IMG/VR virus record: IMGVR_UViG_2654587515_000001
Coordinates: 15,175-79,174 of that record
Length of the DNA: 64,000 bases
Strand: one strand, 5' to 3'
Origin: a virus
Taxonomy: Duplodnaviria; Caudoviricetes
In this document: one piece after another, positions 37,226-46,655 of the stretch
Position numbering within the stretch: position 1 is the first letter of the stretch
How the letters are laid out: the number at the start of each line of letters is the position of its first letter
Position numbers and translations under genes: made by a program
Notes under the pieces: model-generated
Seen by the model: the letters and a program-made list of their open reading frames with translations, nothing else
Told to the model about the DNA's origin: nothing
The model's database searches: none

Positions 37226-37591
37226 TTAGTCAAACCGTGATCTGTACTTCTCATGAGTCTGTTGCTCGTAATGCTCATTTAATCGCTCTTCCCAGTCTGG
37301 GTAGATGCCTTTGAGCGTCTCGTTCTCTTTGCTTAGTCCGCTGCAGTGCGAGCCAAGCTGTTTAATTCTGTCGGTCCTTTGGATCAGGGCCTCTTTGAAC
37401 CACTTTGCTATTGCGATTGGATCGCCGGTGTAGCCCAAGCCATCACAGTGAACACACTCCCATGTAGTAGAAAACAGACCTTTCGTTTCCCCTTTGCCGT
37501 TGCAATGAGGGCATGTCTCGGGTGCTTGTTCTGTTTTGTTGCTGGCAAGCTCAATTGCGGCATCTACCAGTGAGCGCTTATTGTTCATCAA
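37226..37591 (-). CDS. Zinc-finger protein (DnaJ-type CxxCxGxG)
   Basis: CPHCNGKG and CVHCDGLG motifs. Confidence 0.7.
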   Translation of the reverse strand: MMNNKRSLVDAAIELASNKTEQAPETCPHCNGKGETKGLFSTTWECVHCDGLGYTGDPIAIAKWFKEALIQRTDRIKQLGSHCSGLSKENETLKGIYPDWEERLNEHYEQQTHEKYRSRFD

Positions 37592-37985
37592 TGAGCATCA
37601 ATCCAAGGGAATGAGCGGCAAACACCTCGGCCAGAGCGCCCTTTGATTCCATCCAACCGCGCAAACGGACCACAGCATTTGAGACAAAGAGATCAGATAG
37701 GCTCAGTTTCATGTACTGGTCGTAACTCAGACCTTTGGGGTTTCTTGCTGGGTTGAGCGGGATATGGCCGGCTTCCTGAATCATGTCTTCAATCCGGAAG
37801 AACTCAGGGTGGTTAAAGTGTCGGTACCCCGTCATCGGGCCACTGATGTAAATCGTGAGCCTTCCCGCATCTTCTTTTAATTGCTTCAAATTTTCTAAAG
37901 TCAATTCAGCGCGGCACGTTACGTGGGCAATTTCAGGCGACATCCAAAATCCCTTTAAAACAAAGTGGTGGACAGAAATTAACAC
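37578..37985 (-). CDS. DUF4406 / nucleoside deoxyribosyltransferase-like protein
   Basis: IYISGPMTG...FN..EF...G..PLNPA...GW..SKGA..E motif. Confidence 0.8.
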   Translation of the reverse strand: MLISVHHFVLKGFWMSPEIAHVTCRAELTLENLKQLKEDAGRLTIYISGPMTGYRHFNHPEFFRIEDMIQEAGHIPLNPARNPKGLSYDQYMKLSLSDLFVSNAVVRLRGWMESKGALAEVFAAHSLGLMLIDEQ

Positions 37986-38005
37986 TTTGATGTATGTTAA
38001 TCAAT

Positions 38006-38047
38006 AGCGTAATTAAAAACGTAATTATTAGCGTAATTTAATACGCT
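38006..38047. promoter_or_regulatory. Operator-like repeat array in a divergent promoter region
   Basis: A(G/A)CGTAATT at 38006, 38018 and 38030 (12-bp period) plus an inverted half-site, AGCGTA-ATTTAA-TACGCT. Confidence 0.55.
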
Positions 38048-38133
38048 TTAACTAACGGTGACGAGTAAGTTGGTGATTGGTAAGTGTGCATCCTTCATGT
38101 AGCATGGCGATAATCGTCAACTAGATAACAAAA

Positions 38134-38430
38134 TTGATGGATATCAACATGCTAAAAAACGCTGAGGTACGTGTTCTGGTCATACTCAAGAAAGAGAAAA
38201 AGAACACGATTGCCATGACCGACCTCACTCGACGCCTTAATGTCAATGCTGGTATCAAAGCCGCAGAGAAAAACCAGATACTTGAGTCGCTAAAAGAGCA
38301 GGGCTTGGTCGCTGTTGAACGCAAACAGATACCGGCAATGCGTCGAACTCCCACCCTGATCACGCTGACCGAGAAAGGAAAGCAGGTGCTCAAAGGTATT
38401 GAGTCTGGTGATATCGAGTTTGAAACCTGA
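38134..38430 (+). CDS. Winged-helix transcription regulator (98 aa)
   Basis: ILESLKEQGLV...TLITLTEKGKQVL, a MarR-like wing; first gene of the rightward early operon. Confidence 0.75.
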   Translation: MMDINMLKNAEVRVLVILKKEKKNTIAMTDLTRRLNVNAGIKAAEKNQILESLKEQGLVAVERKQIPAMRRTPTLITLTEKGKQVLKGIESGDIEFET

Positions 38431-38617
38431 TTGATCTGCGAAGTTTTGATCCAGTCGAGAAAAGATTAAACAACATTTTTTTGTTGTTTCTCGCCATCGC
38501 TAAAAACGGTAAACAGTGCACAACAAAAAGATAAAAGTTTGTTGTGGCAACTAAAAGTGCTTTTGAAGTAAGCGCGAGACCACGACTTAGCGGTGACGTT
38601 GGAAGGCTGAAATCAAA

Positions 38618-39037
38618 ATGGACAAGACCGAGACAAATCAAGAGCGTGAAATCTCACTCAGAAAAGAAGAGCAAATTGCGTGCGCCATCCTGAGAGGCGC
38701 AAAAACCGCAGATGTCGCGGCAGTAAACGGTATGAAGTATGCCGCTTGCCGCGAAATCCTTCATAAATATTGCCGTCGTGTTAATGCTCAAGCCTATGAG
38801 CAGATTAACATTGATGCCGCCAATAAAGACTGTCACAGCCCATTCCTTGAACAGCTTCGAGAAAACAAGCACCAGTTTATTTCCCAAACTGCACCTCGTG
38901 ATCCTGAACAACTTCGCCGCGAAATCGAACAGCAAAGCGAGCGCTTGACCAGCGCTCAAATCACGCTGCGCTCAGAACGTACCATTTTAAGCCAGCTGGA
39001 AGCCGAGCTTGCAGCAGCGACTCAAAAAACCAAGTAA
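38618..39037 (+). CDS. Putative HTH protein, paralogue of the SOS-controlled 187-aa protein
   Basis: AILRGAKTADVA...YCRRVN.QAYE pattern shared with 21354-21917. Confidence 0.7.
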   Translation: MDKTETNQEREISLRKEEQIACAILRGAKTADVAAVNGMKYAACREILHKYCRRVNAQAYEQINIDAANKDCHSPFLEQLRENKHQFISQTAPRDPEQLRREIEQQSERLTSAQITLRSERTILSQLEAELAAATQKTK

Positions 39038-39064
39038 CACCCGAAGAAAGAAGGATCCCAGAAT

Positions 39065-39976
39065 ATGAAGCCAAAAAATATCATGGCTTATCGCTTTTCT
39101 CGGGCAGTTCAACTCACTCCCGACCAATTAAGTGAGCAACTGTCTGAATTTGCATTCGTTCCATGTGGGGAACAAGATAAGCGAAAATTTGGATGGGCGC
39201 CTGTGATGGGCAAACATAGTGACCAATTACTGCATGTTGGTGGTGATTGGCTCCTGCTTGCCGCTCGTCTCCAAGAAAAGATGCTGCCAGCCTCAGTGAT
39301 CAAAGAAGAAGTCAACGAGCGCGTGACTATGGTGGAATCACAAGAAGGCCGACCGCTGAAGAAAAAAGAGAAGGACAACATCAAAGAAGATGTTGTTACC
39401 GATCTACTGCCTCGTGCTTTCAAGCGAACCAGCACAACGTATGTTTGGATTTGCCCTAAGAAAGAGCTGCTTTTTGTTGATGCCAGTAGCTTCAAAAAAG
39501 CGGAAGATGTTCTTGCCCTGCTAAGAAAGACAATTGGTTCCTTGCCGGTTGTCCCTGTTACCTTTGAATCTGCTATTGAATTTACGCTGACTGAATGGCT
39601 CAAAACTGGTGAAGTGCCGAGCGGTTTTTCACTGCGTGATGAGGCCGAGTTAAAATCCGTCTTGGAAGATGGCGGTCAAATCCGTTGTAAGAAGCAAGAG
39701 CTGACGTCTGAAGAAATCCAAACCCACATTGAAGCTGACAAGATGGTCACAAAGCTGGCTATCAACTGGCAGGATCGCTTGGATTTCATTTTGTCGGATG
39801 ATGGCAGTCTGGCAAGGCTCAAGTTTGCAGATGAGCTGGCCGATCAGAACGATGATATTGCGAGAGAAGATGTTGCTCAGCGATTCGACGCCGACATGGT
39901 TTTGTTTGCCGGTGAGTTTGATGCCTTCCTACCTCAACTATTTGAAGCTCTTGGCGGGGTAGCGAAATGTCAGTAA
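39065..39976 (+). CDS. rdgC: Recombination-associated protein RdgC
   Basis: [69 protein letters not shown]. Confidence 0.92.
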   Translation: MKPKNIMAYRFSRAVQLTPDQLSEQLSEFAFVPCGEQDKRKFGWAPVMGKHSDQLLHVGGDWLLLAARLQEKMLPASVIKEEVNERVTMVESQEGRPLKKKEKDNIKEDVVTDLLPRAFKRTSTTYVWICPKKELLFVDASSFKKAEDVLALLRKTIGSLPVVPVTFESAIEFTLTEWLKTGEVPSGFSLRDEAELKSVLEDGGQIRCKKQELTSEEIQTHIEADKMVTKLAINWQDRLDFILSDDGSLARLKFADELADQNDDIAREDVAQRFDADMVLFAGEFDAFLPQLFEALGGVAKCQ

Positions 39977-40755
39977 AGCTAATTGAGAAGCCGTGGGCAA
40001 AAGCCGTTCGATGCCTACCGAACGAATTAGCTCGTTATGCGCTATTTACTGTAGGTACATCACAGGAGCGTCGCTATTACACCAAGCCGGTTTTGTTGGG
40101 TCTGATTGATGGCAGTCATGCACCCATGGAGCTGCAGTTTGTCGGGCCAGAGTTAAGACAGGATGATCTGGACGTTTTTCTTGAGCTGCTCCACTATGCG
40201 CGTGACGCCGATTTATCCGGTAAGCTCAAGTTTAAACGTGCTGAGTTAATGAAGTCTTTAGGTTGGGCCAGAACGCCATTTTATTATGAGAGATTGCTTC
40301 AATGTATGCGCCGGCTTAGCCAGTCCAACCTTGAAGGTTTGATCACTCGTAGAGACAATGGCGACTTGATTCAACATCGTTTCAACTTTAATTTGGTAGA
40401 TTCGTTCGAATATAAAGACGTAAATGGTGCAATGGCTCGCTTTTGGCACTATCGTTTACCAGTGGAGTTGGTGAAGTTTTTCACGGCTTCAGGGTTTGCG
40501 AGAATCGATCTAAAACGACGACAGGCGTTAAAGAACAATCATATTGCCAAGTGGTTGCAGTTTTACTTTGCCAGCCATAAGGCAAACAACAAGTACGCCG
40601 TCTCAGTTGAAAAAGTGATGCATAGCTGTGGTTCCAAGGCGAGCGATTTGAAAACGTTTCGTCAAAAATTGAAAGCAGCGCTTAAATTGCTCAAGGCAGC
40701 TGGTATTGTAGATGCCTACATAGATAAAGATTCAGATCGGATTTTGCGTAAGTAA
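39967..40755 (+). CDS. TrfA-like replication initiator
   Basis: [28 protein letters not shown]......ERL..C..RL, AKWLQ.YFASH, GS....L..FRQKL..AL..L; six-iteron array 570 bp downstream. Confidence 0.75.
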   Translation: MSVKLIEKPWAKAVRCLPNELARYALFTVGTSQERRYYTKPVLLGLIDGSHAPMELQFVGPELRQDDLDVFLELLHYARDADLSGKLKFKRAELMKSLGWARTPFYYERLLQCMRRLSQSNLEGLITRRDNGDLIQHRFNFNLVDSFEYKDVNGAMARFWHYRLPVELVKFFTASGFARIDLKRRQALKNNHIAKWLQFYFASHKANNKYAVSVEKVMHSCGSKASDLKTFRQKLKAALKLLKAAGIVDAYIDKDSDRILRK

Positions 40756-40778
40756 CGCTCACGCTGTTCGGATACAAC

Positions 40779-40805
40779 AACGTCCCAATGACAGGGGCGT
40801 TTTTA
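40779..40805 (+). terminator. Intrinsic terminator
   Basis: AACGTCCC-AATGACA-GGGGCGTT followed by T-tract. Confidence 0.6.
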
Positions 40806-40821
40806 TTGATAAGGTCATATT

Positions 40822-41172
40822 GTGAATTGGATATTCATTGTTTTTAACCTCATTCCTTTGTTGCTTGGCTGGTTTGGATTTTCAGCCGGCCAGCCAGAGC
40901 TGGTGACTATTGCTATCGTGGTTATAGCGGTCCGTGCGGCGTTGGTGCTGTTTACGGTACCCAAGATGTACATCAAGTTTCAAAAGTCTGATCAGCTGAC
41001 GCGACGTTATCATCGGCAGCAACTCAAAAAGCCGGCGGTGGTATTCATCGTTTCATTTATCACGCTTTGGTCGCTGGTGGTGTGGGGTGAAGAACTGGTG
41101 CTTTGCATGGTAGTGCTCAGCACAGCCATGTACCACGGCATGAGAAATCACATCGTCAGACACTCCTACTAA
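40822..41172 (+). CDS. Hypothetical membrane protein (about 4 TM segments)
   Basis: Four hydrophobic stretches; bounded by terminators. Confidence 0.65.
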   Translation: MNWIFIVFNLIPLLLGWFGFSAGQPELVTIAIVVIAVRAALVLFTVPKMYIKFQKSDQLTRRYHRQQLKKPAVVFIVSFITLWSLVVWGEELVLCMVVLSTAMYHGMRNHIVRHSY

Positions 41173-41190
41173 GCAGGTATTGAAATATGA

Positions 41191-41222
41191 GCGGCATTCT
41201 CGAAAGAGGGTGCCGTTTTTTT
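41191..41222 (+). terminator. Intrinsic terminator
   Basis: CGGCATTCTC-GAAA-GAGGGTGCCG followed by T7. Confidence 0.8.
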
Positions 41223-41257
41223 ATGTCTGAAAGGGAATAGACGTCGCTGTCTGGGCT

Positions 41258-41600
41258 TGTGGAAAAGCTGTTTATATACAGTGGTATAAGTAGTGTATAT
41301 ACAGTGGAATTAGACCAAAAAAATGCATAAATCGAGATACCAAAATGCATAAGTTGAGATACCCGTTTGCATAAATCGAGATACCAAAACGCATAAGTTG
41401 AGATACCCGTTTGCATAAATCGAGATACTAGCAAAACATAAATCGAGATACTAGAATGATTTGTTTTTCCTTTAAAAACATATTGTTATATTTTACTTCT
41501 GGTTCAACTTTCGAGGCCAACAACCATTTTATAACCATATATAACCATTCTATAAGCCATCTTATAACCTATTAAAAAATAGAAATAATAAAGGGTTCTC
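41258..41600. repeat. Second iteron origin: DnaA box, six 22-bp-period iterons and AT-rich region
   Basis: TGTGGAAAA (reverse DnaA box) near 41258; GCATAA(ATC/GTT)GAGATAC-type iterons at 41325, 41347, 41369, 41391, 41413 and 41435; AT-rich tract with ATAACCAT repeats downstream. Confidence 0.8.
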
Positions 41601-41847
41601 TTTTTTGTTTTTTCAAAAACAGTGAAACTACGATGAGGAAACACAAAGTGATCCCAGTTGATCTTTGTTCTTTTGAGGGTGTTTCTCGCTCTTCATTGGC
41701 TACCTGACGGCTTTTAAGGTCATGATGAATGTCATTGCATTGCTTTTCAGTTATCGCGCTCTGTGTGCTTCTCTGGCGTTATTTATTGACGGCTGACTTA
41801 ATAGGAACTCTGTGCCTATAATGTGAGCGTTAAGGGAGGGCTACGGC

Positions 41848-42387
41848 ATGAGTAAACCATTTCAAGTTTATTGGAGTGAAGACGGCCATATAACAAACAA
41901 GGCTAATTGGTTGCACTGTGTGGAGACAGACGATCCGGTGCGAGCTGAGCAGATGTACTTCAAGCTGTGCAAAAAGATGCTTGGTAAGCAAGGGTATGTG
42001 TTCCTGCAGTCAAGTGATCCTGACTCGGTTCCTTATGGGCGATTTAATACCGGTTCTGATATTCGTTGGAATGTGGACCGCGAAGAGCAAGAGGTTCGCC
42101 GGTGGATAGTTTGGGCTATGCCCCAAGAGATCCCCTATAAGCGTTGGAAGGCGCCCACTACGTACATGGTGAAAGGGCTAAAAGCGGCTATTTTGCTTCG
42201 TTCTGGTGAAAAGATAGGGTGCGAGATATCCGGTGAAATGATCGGGCGGGTGTTGGGGCGCAGTTCTCGTGGTATTCGTTACTGGATAGCGGAAGAGGGC
42301 GAAAACCGGAGTATTGATTACGCTAACTGGCGTTGTTTGTTAGAAATGGCTGGATTCAAGAATAAACCGATAGCAACCTATCTGTGA
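41848..42387 (+). CDS. Hypothetical protein with a C-terminal KorC-like HTH
   Basis: ISGEMIGRVLGRSSRGIRYWI...IDYANWRCLLEMAG; RBS GGAGGG. Confidence 0.65.
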   Translation: MSKPFQVYWSEDGHITNKANWLHCVETDDPVRAEQMYFKLCKKMLGKQGYVFLQSSDPDSVPYGRFNTGSDIRWNVDREEQEVRRWIVWAMPQEIPYKRWKAPTTYMVKGLKAAILLRSGEKIGCEISGEMIGRVLGRSSRGIRYWIAEEGENRSIDYANWRCLLEMAGFKNKPIATYL

Positions 42388-42399
42388 AATTTGGATCTT

Positions 42400-42936
42400 A
42401 TGACGGAAACACAACTGGAAAACTTAGCCAAGGCCGGTAATGCGCTTGCTGGTCAGGCGCTAAGGAAGTATCGGCAAGCGAAACAGCCTCAAATGACGAA
42501 CGGAAAGCCTCTCAAAGCCGTTCCAGCGAAGCGAAAGGGCGATAAAGGTCCTAGTGGGTTAGAAATGTCGTTCGCAACGCAGGTTAAGCAATCAGGGCTT
42601 CCTATGCCGCGCTGGGGGAATAACGAATTAAAGTTTCACCCTAAGCGCCGCTGGCGTTTTGACTTCGCGTGGGAAGATCACAAGGTGGCCGTCGAGATTG
42701 AGGGTGGTACCTACAGTCACGGGCAAGAGCGATTTGACTCAGGCAAGGGGAAAAAGGTCACTCAAAAGTCGAGGCATTTAACGCCTACTGGCTTTCATGA
42801 AGACTGCATCAAATATGGTGAGGCCGCGATATTGGGGTGGTGTGTGATCCGTGTGGATGCGAAGATGATTAAAGATGGTTCGGCGCTTGCTATGCTTGAA
42901 AGGGCACTAAAAAGTAAAGTATCTACTGAGTGTTGA
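42400..42936 (+). CDS. PD-(D/E)XK endonuclease (Vsr/DUF559-like)
   Basis: ELKFHPKRRWRFDFAW...KVAVEIEGG...DCIKYGEAAILGW. Confidence 0.8.
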   Translation: MTETQLENLAKAGNALAGQALRKYRQAKQPQMTNGKPLKAVPAKRKGDKGPSGLEMSFATQVKQSGLPMPRWGNNELKFHPKRRWRFDFAWEDHKVAVEIEGGTYSHGQERFDSGKGKKVTQKSRHLTPTGFHEDCIKYGEAAILGWCVIRVDAKMIKDGSALAMLERALKSKVSTEC

Positions 42937-42977
42937 TGAAATATCTAGAGGGTATTGAGTTGATACCCCTTAGATAC

Positions 42978-43226
42978 TTAGTTGGTGTTTTCTTCGAGCA
43001 GAGCGTTTAGCTCTGTTTCGTCAGTAATGCGCTCATTCTTGATGAGCCAGTTTACTAGGTGCTCGTATTCACCGTCGTTCATTGTTCTGAATCGAGCGCT
43101 TTCTGGGGTGGTTCGCCAAGCCCAAATCGTGTTCACGCTTGTTTTGTAGCAAATATCAGCAACGTCTTGCGCCTTCAGCTTAAAATGTTTCTGAATTATC
43201 TTGAGTTTTTCGTTATTGGTCATCAA
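42978..43226 (-). CDS. Small HTH-like DNA-binding protein (82 aa)
   Basis: MTNNEKLKII...LKAQDVADIC..SVNTIWAW pattern. Confidence 0.6.
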   Translation of the reverse strand: MMTNNEKLKIIQKHFKLKAQDVADICYKTSVNTIWAWRTTPESARFRTMNDGEYEHLVNWLIKNERITDETELNALLEENTN

Positions 43227-43280
43227 AGAGTTCCGTCAGTGTTTCGTAGAAAATAACACTCAGGCGGTACAAAGTACAGG

Positions 43281-43610
43281 TTATCGCTGAATGGCGGTCA
43301 TTTGGCCGCAGTGTTGGCACTTACAACGCATTTTATTGCGTGTTTTTTCTACTTTCTCCTGCATTTCTTGCCATCGCCAATAGAGCTGAGAGTTTTTATT
43401 GGCCAGTTGTTTCAAAACCCACATAGGGCTTAATACTTCCCCGCATAGGCCACATGCTACCGTGTCGTTGGACTCGTTGATTTTGAAGTCTCCGTGCTGA
43501 CATTCAAGTCGGTGTCGGTATGTTTGAGTCTCTTTGAATATAGGCTTGTCTGTGGGTGGCTGCTTGATTCGCTTAAACTCAACAATGTTGTCGTTGTCTT
43601 CCATCATCAC
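43281..43610 (-). CDS. Hypothetical zinc-binding protein
   Basis: CQH, CGLCG, CKCQHCG motifs. Confidence 0.7.
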   Translation of the reverse strand: MMMEDNDNIVEFKRIKQPPTDKPIFKETQTYRHRLECQHGDFKINESNDTVACGLCGEVLSPMWVLKQLANKNSQLYWRWQEMQEKVEKTRNKMRCKCQHCGQMTAIQR

Positions 43611-43660
43611 TCCTTTGCTCTGGTACCCTCACTGGAGAGGGTACCAATCACGGTATGGCT

Positions 43661-44479
43661 TTATTGACAGGTACAGGCTTCGGCTTCGCCGTTGTGAAGC
43701 GCTTTGCGGTTAAATTCGACCTCTGCTAACAGATCGACCAGCTCTTTGTCTGAGTTCTGCTGGTAGCCAAGAGCTTTAAGCAGAGAGCTTTTGAACATGT
43801 TTTGCTGCTCATTTGCCATATCAACTACGCTGTGGCCCTTAGTGACGGCAGTGATCAGTGCGGAAGTGATCTCAATGAAATACTCAGCTTCATGTAAGGC
43901 ATCGTATAGCGCGTGATGGAGTGGACCTTTGCGCTCAAGGGTGTATTTAGGGTCGATGCCAAGCAGCAAACGACCAAGCAGGCAGGCTGTGCGCAGTGAC
44001 TGGTTGCCTCGGAATTGCCAAGGTTGCTCGATACCGGCTTCTTCATAAGCGTGTGACAGGATAACGTTGTCAAATTCCGGACCATTCCCCATGACTTGCG
44101 CCTTTGTGCCTTCTGGCGTGTTTTCTTTGATGTAGTAGGCGATCTGGTGCAGCGCTTCAGGCAGCGATAAACGCTCATCATTTTTAGACGGTGAGAACAG
44201 TTCTGCGTAAGCCTCTGGCGACTCTTCCTTTTGTCGCTCCCAGAATGCCATGGTGCTATCTGGTTGGTCGATGGCGTCTTTGATGCGGTTTTCTTGGCCT
44301 TCATCGCTGATCAGCATGTAGGTTTGATTGAGGATCCGGCGCTGGTAAATATCAACGGTCACTACAGAGGCTGAGAAAATGTGTGCGTCTGGGCCTTTCG
44401 CGCCGGTTTCAATGTCAGTGATATGAATCACAGGGCTTGATTTGATGGTCTTTAGGTACTCAAGTGTCGGTAAAATCAT
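43661..44479 (-). CDS. 3'-5' exonuclease (DEDDh, phage exoVIII/DUF5051-like)
   Basis: DIET, GNGPEFDNVIL, PWQFRGNQSLRT, HHALYDA motifs. Confidence 0.85.
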   Translation of the reverse strand: MILPTLEYLKTIKSSPVIHITDIETGAKGPDAHIFSASVVTVDIYQRRILNQTYMLISDEGQENRIKDAIDQPDSTMAFWERQKEESPEAYAELFSPSKNDERLSLPEALHQIAYYIKENTPEGTKAQVMGNGPEFDNVILSHAYEEAGIEQPWQFRGNQSLRTACLLGRLLLGIDPKYTLERKGPLHHALYDALHEAEYFIEITSALITAVTKGHSVVDMANEQQNMFKSSLLKALGYQQNSDKELVDLLAEVEFNRKALHNGEAEACTCQ

Positions 44480-45087
44480 AAATTTGTCTCGGTTTCTTCA
44501 ATTTCTAGTGAATCCAAAGTGATCCTCTCACCTACAACTGTGGTTGAGTAAGTGACGGAATATTCAATTTCTAACTCATATTCGCCGCCGCAGATATCAC
44601 ACGTTTCTTTTCCATCGCGGGGTTCGTCTGGCTCATAGCTGGTGCCGCAGTGGGGACAGACAATTTCATCATTGTGTTTGTAGTCCCATTCGTCGTAATC
44701 GTTACTAGCAACCTTTTCCAGAGCTTCACGCTTTAGCTTCTGGTCAAGGGCGGTTTGGCATGGGGAGCATCTGAACCCCTCTCGCGTTCCCCAAGCTGAT
44801 CCCACAATTTCAGATCTGTGGGTTTGGCAATCCACACAAACATTGTGCTCGTCACAAACAAAGTAGTCCCAGCCATTTGAGGTACCTAAGCACTTCTCGC
44901 AACCAACAACCCAGTACCAAGCCCCATCAATGAACTCTGATTTTAGGCCCCTTTGTGGCGGGGTAAGTTCTAACGTTGGTAAGTCTTCAGTTTCACTGTT
45001 CCATACTGCTTTCATTGGGCCGTTGTGAATTCGGTCTGTCCATTCGGGCAGAGCTTCAGGGATGAGTATTTTGATATTTTTATCCAT
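44476..45087 (-). CDS. Hypothetical multi-zinc-ribbon protein
   Basis: Several CxxC pairs; ATGA overlap with the exonuclease gene. Confidence 0.7.
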   Translation of the reverse strand: MDKNIKILIPEALPEWTDRIHNGPMKAVWNSETEDLPTLELTPPQRGLKSEFIDGAWYWVVGCEKCLGTSNGWDYFVCDEHNVCVDCQTHRSEIVGSAWGTREGFRCSPCQTALDQKLKREALEKVASNDYDEWDYKHNDEIVCPHCGTSYEPDEPRDGKETCDICGGEYELEIEYSVTYSTTVVGERITLDSLEIEETETNL

Positions 45088-45136
45088 GGTGATTTCCTGC
45101 TGGTGGCTGCGACGCATGGCCGCAGCCTGTTGTTGG

Positions 45137-46327
45137 TTAAGCGGCTTTAGGCTGGCGGTTTAGGTCTGACCAACTATCGTGTTGGCGTTGCCATTGCTCG
45201 ACCAATTGTTCCAGTTTGGAGTAGATTTGCTTCACGGCAGCTTCGCCAAAGCCCTTTGCAGCGGTGCCGGCTTTGTCTTTGACGATGGCACGCAGGCGGT
45301 GTGGTGGAATGTGAAGCACGCTGTATAGACTCTGGAATCCGGCATTGTTCAATACTTCTAAGTGTTTCGGATCCAGCTGGGCATCTTCCAGATAAGTTTC
45401 TTTCGCCCACTCCATGCGCTCAATTAGGTGCGGGTGGGTGATCTCGATGCGATTAATGATGAGTTCGTGCAGTGCATCATGGATATCAGTCGGCCAGCGG
45501 TCGGCCAAGTAGTCACATGGCGGGTAGAATGGCTGCAGCCAGTCAGTCACTGAGACGGTGATATTCAATCCGTGGTTGGTTTTGACTTCGTAGTACCAAT
45601 CCAGATCGTTAATGATTTTGATGGTTGATGCCTCTGGTCGGAAGGACAGGCCGTATTCAAAGACGTGGATGTAACACTTCAAAATGCCGTCGGTACCCAC
45701 AAACACCTTGTTGATCACGTCGCCGTCTTTGTGCATGAGGCGAGAGCGAGCTTCGTTTAGCTCTTCGGTCAGCTGGGTGTTTGTCTGAACCATGACGTTC
45801 TTTTTCGTTTCAGCGTCCACCAGCTGGTTTTTAAGGTCACGGATCTTGGTGCGTTGCTCTTCAAGCAGCTTTTGTTTTTCGTCGTTCTTTTTGCGCTGAG
45901 CCGCGATACGGGATTTCATTTGTTCCGGCTGCATGGCCTGAAGGCGTTTCAGTTCTTCCAGTTTTTCTTTGACATTGGCTTGGGCGACTTTGGCCTGAGC
46001 TTTTTCTCGCTCGGCTTCTGCAGTGGCTTGTTTGGCCTCAAGCTCAAGTTCATCAAGGTTAGAGCGAAGTTCTGAAAGTTCACGCTCTGTGCGTGTTAAG
46101 TCTTCCTGAGTCTTTTCAAGCTCATCACACAACGTGTTGAACTCATCAACCTCTGTGTTGTATTGCTCGATAACCAACTGCTCAGCCTGATCAATCATAG
46201 TGATGGCGGCATTGACGGATGTGTGTGCGAGACCTTCAGTTTTGTCTGCTGCAATACCCAGTTGGTAACGTGCAGGGTTCAGGGCGGACTGCAGGGCGGT
46301 TGCTACGGTGCTTTTTTCTGTTGTCAT
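45137..46327 (-). CDS. Long coiled-coil protein with a C-terminal HhH / alpha-CTD-like domain
   Basis: About 170-aa heptad region; LDPKHLEVLNNAGFQSL...KGFGEAAVKQI. Confidence 0.7.
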   Translation of the reverse strand: MTTEKSTVATALQSALNPARYQLGIAADKTEGLAHTSVNAAITMIDQAEQLVIEQYNTEVDEFNTLCDELEKTQEDLTRTERELSELRSNLDELELEAKQATAEAEREKAQAKVAQANVKEKLEELKRLQAMQPEQMKSRIAAQRKKNDEKQKLLEEQRTKIRDLKNQLVDAETKKNVMVQTNTQLTEELNEARSRLMHKDGDVINKVFVGTDGILKCYIHVFEYGLSFRPEASTIKIINDLDWYYEVKTNHGLNITVSVTDWLQPFYPPCDYLADRWPTDIHDALHELIINRIEITHPHLIERMEWAKETYLEDAQLDPKHLEVLNNAGFQSLYSVLHIPPHRLRAIVKDKAGTAAKGFGEAAVKQIYSKLEQLVEQWQRQHDSWSDLNRQPKAA

Positions 46328-46382
46328 TCTACTTCTCCTTCAATCTTTAAACTCGGTAGTAATAAACTAAACGGGGCGGGGC

Positions 46383-46580
46383 TTATGGCTGCATAGAGCG
46401 GTTGATTACGCTCCAAACCTTGTCGACATAAACCTCTAACTTCTGGTCGATGCGCGTGAGCTTTGCTTGCAGCGATTTCTTGAGGCGCATAGAATAGGGA
46501 ACTGGTTTACGCATTAAATAACAGTGAGCAGCTAACAGGCGCTCTGAGCGTTCCATTCTGGATAACTGTTGATTGTCCAT
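46383..46580 (-). CDS. Hypothetical protein (65 aa)
   Basis: RBS AAGAAGG; in the leftward operon. Confidence 0.55.
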   Translation of the reverse strand: MDNQQLSRMERSERLLAAHCYLMRKPVPYSMRLKKSLQAKLTRIDQKLEVYVDKVWSVINRSMQP

Positions 46581-46655
46581 TGTTGGGATCCTTCTTCCTG
46601 TGTGGTGTGTAGACTATGGCGTATCAATCTTTGGTCGGGGCGATACGCCAACCTT

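Noticed and set aside
41265-41305. CTGTTTATATACAG as a second SOS box
   Set aside because: Spacing is CTG-N8-CAG, not N10; the neighbouring GTATATACAG lacks the left half-site.
41325-41450. 22-bp periodic repeats as a mini CRISPR array
   Set aside because: The intervening 6-bp segments are too short and themselves repeat, there are no cas genes, and the DnaA box and AT-rich flank indicate iterons.
42931-42964. TGTTGATGA as another late promoter
   Set aside because: It overlaps a stop codon, has no -10 at the 19-nt spacing, and the downstream genes are on the opposite strand.
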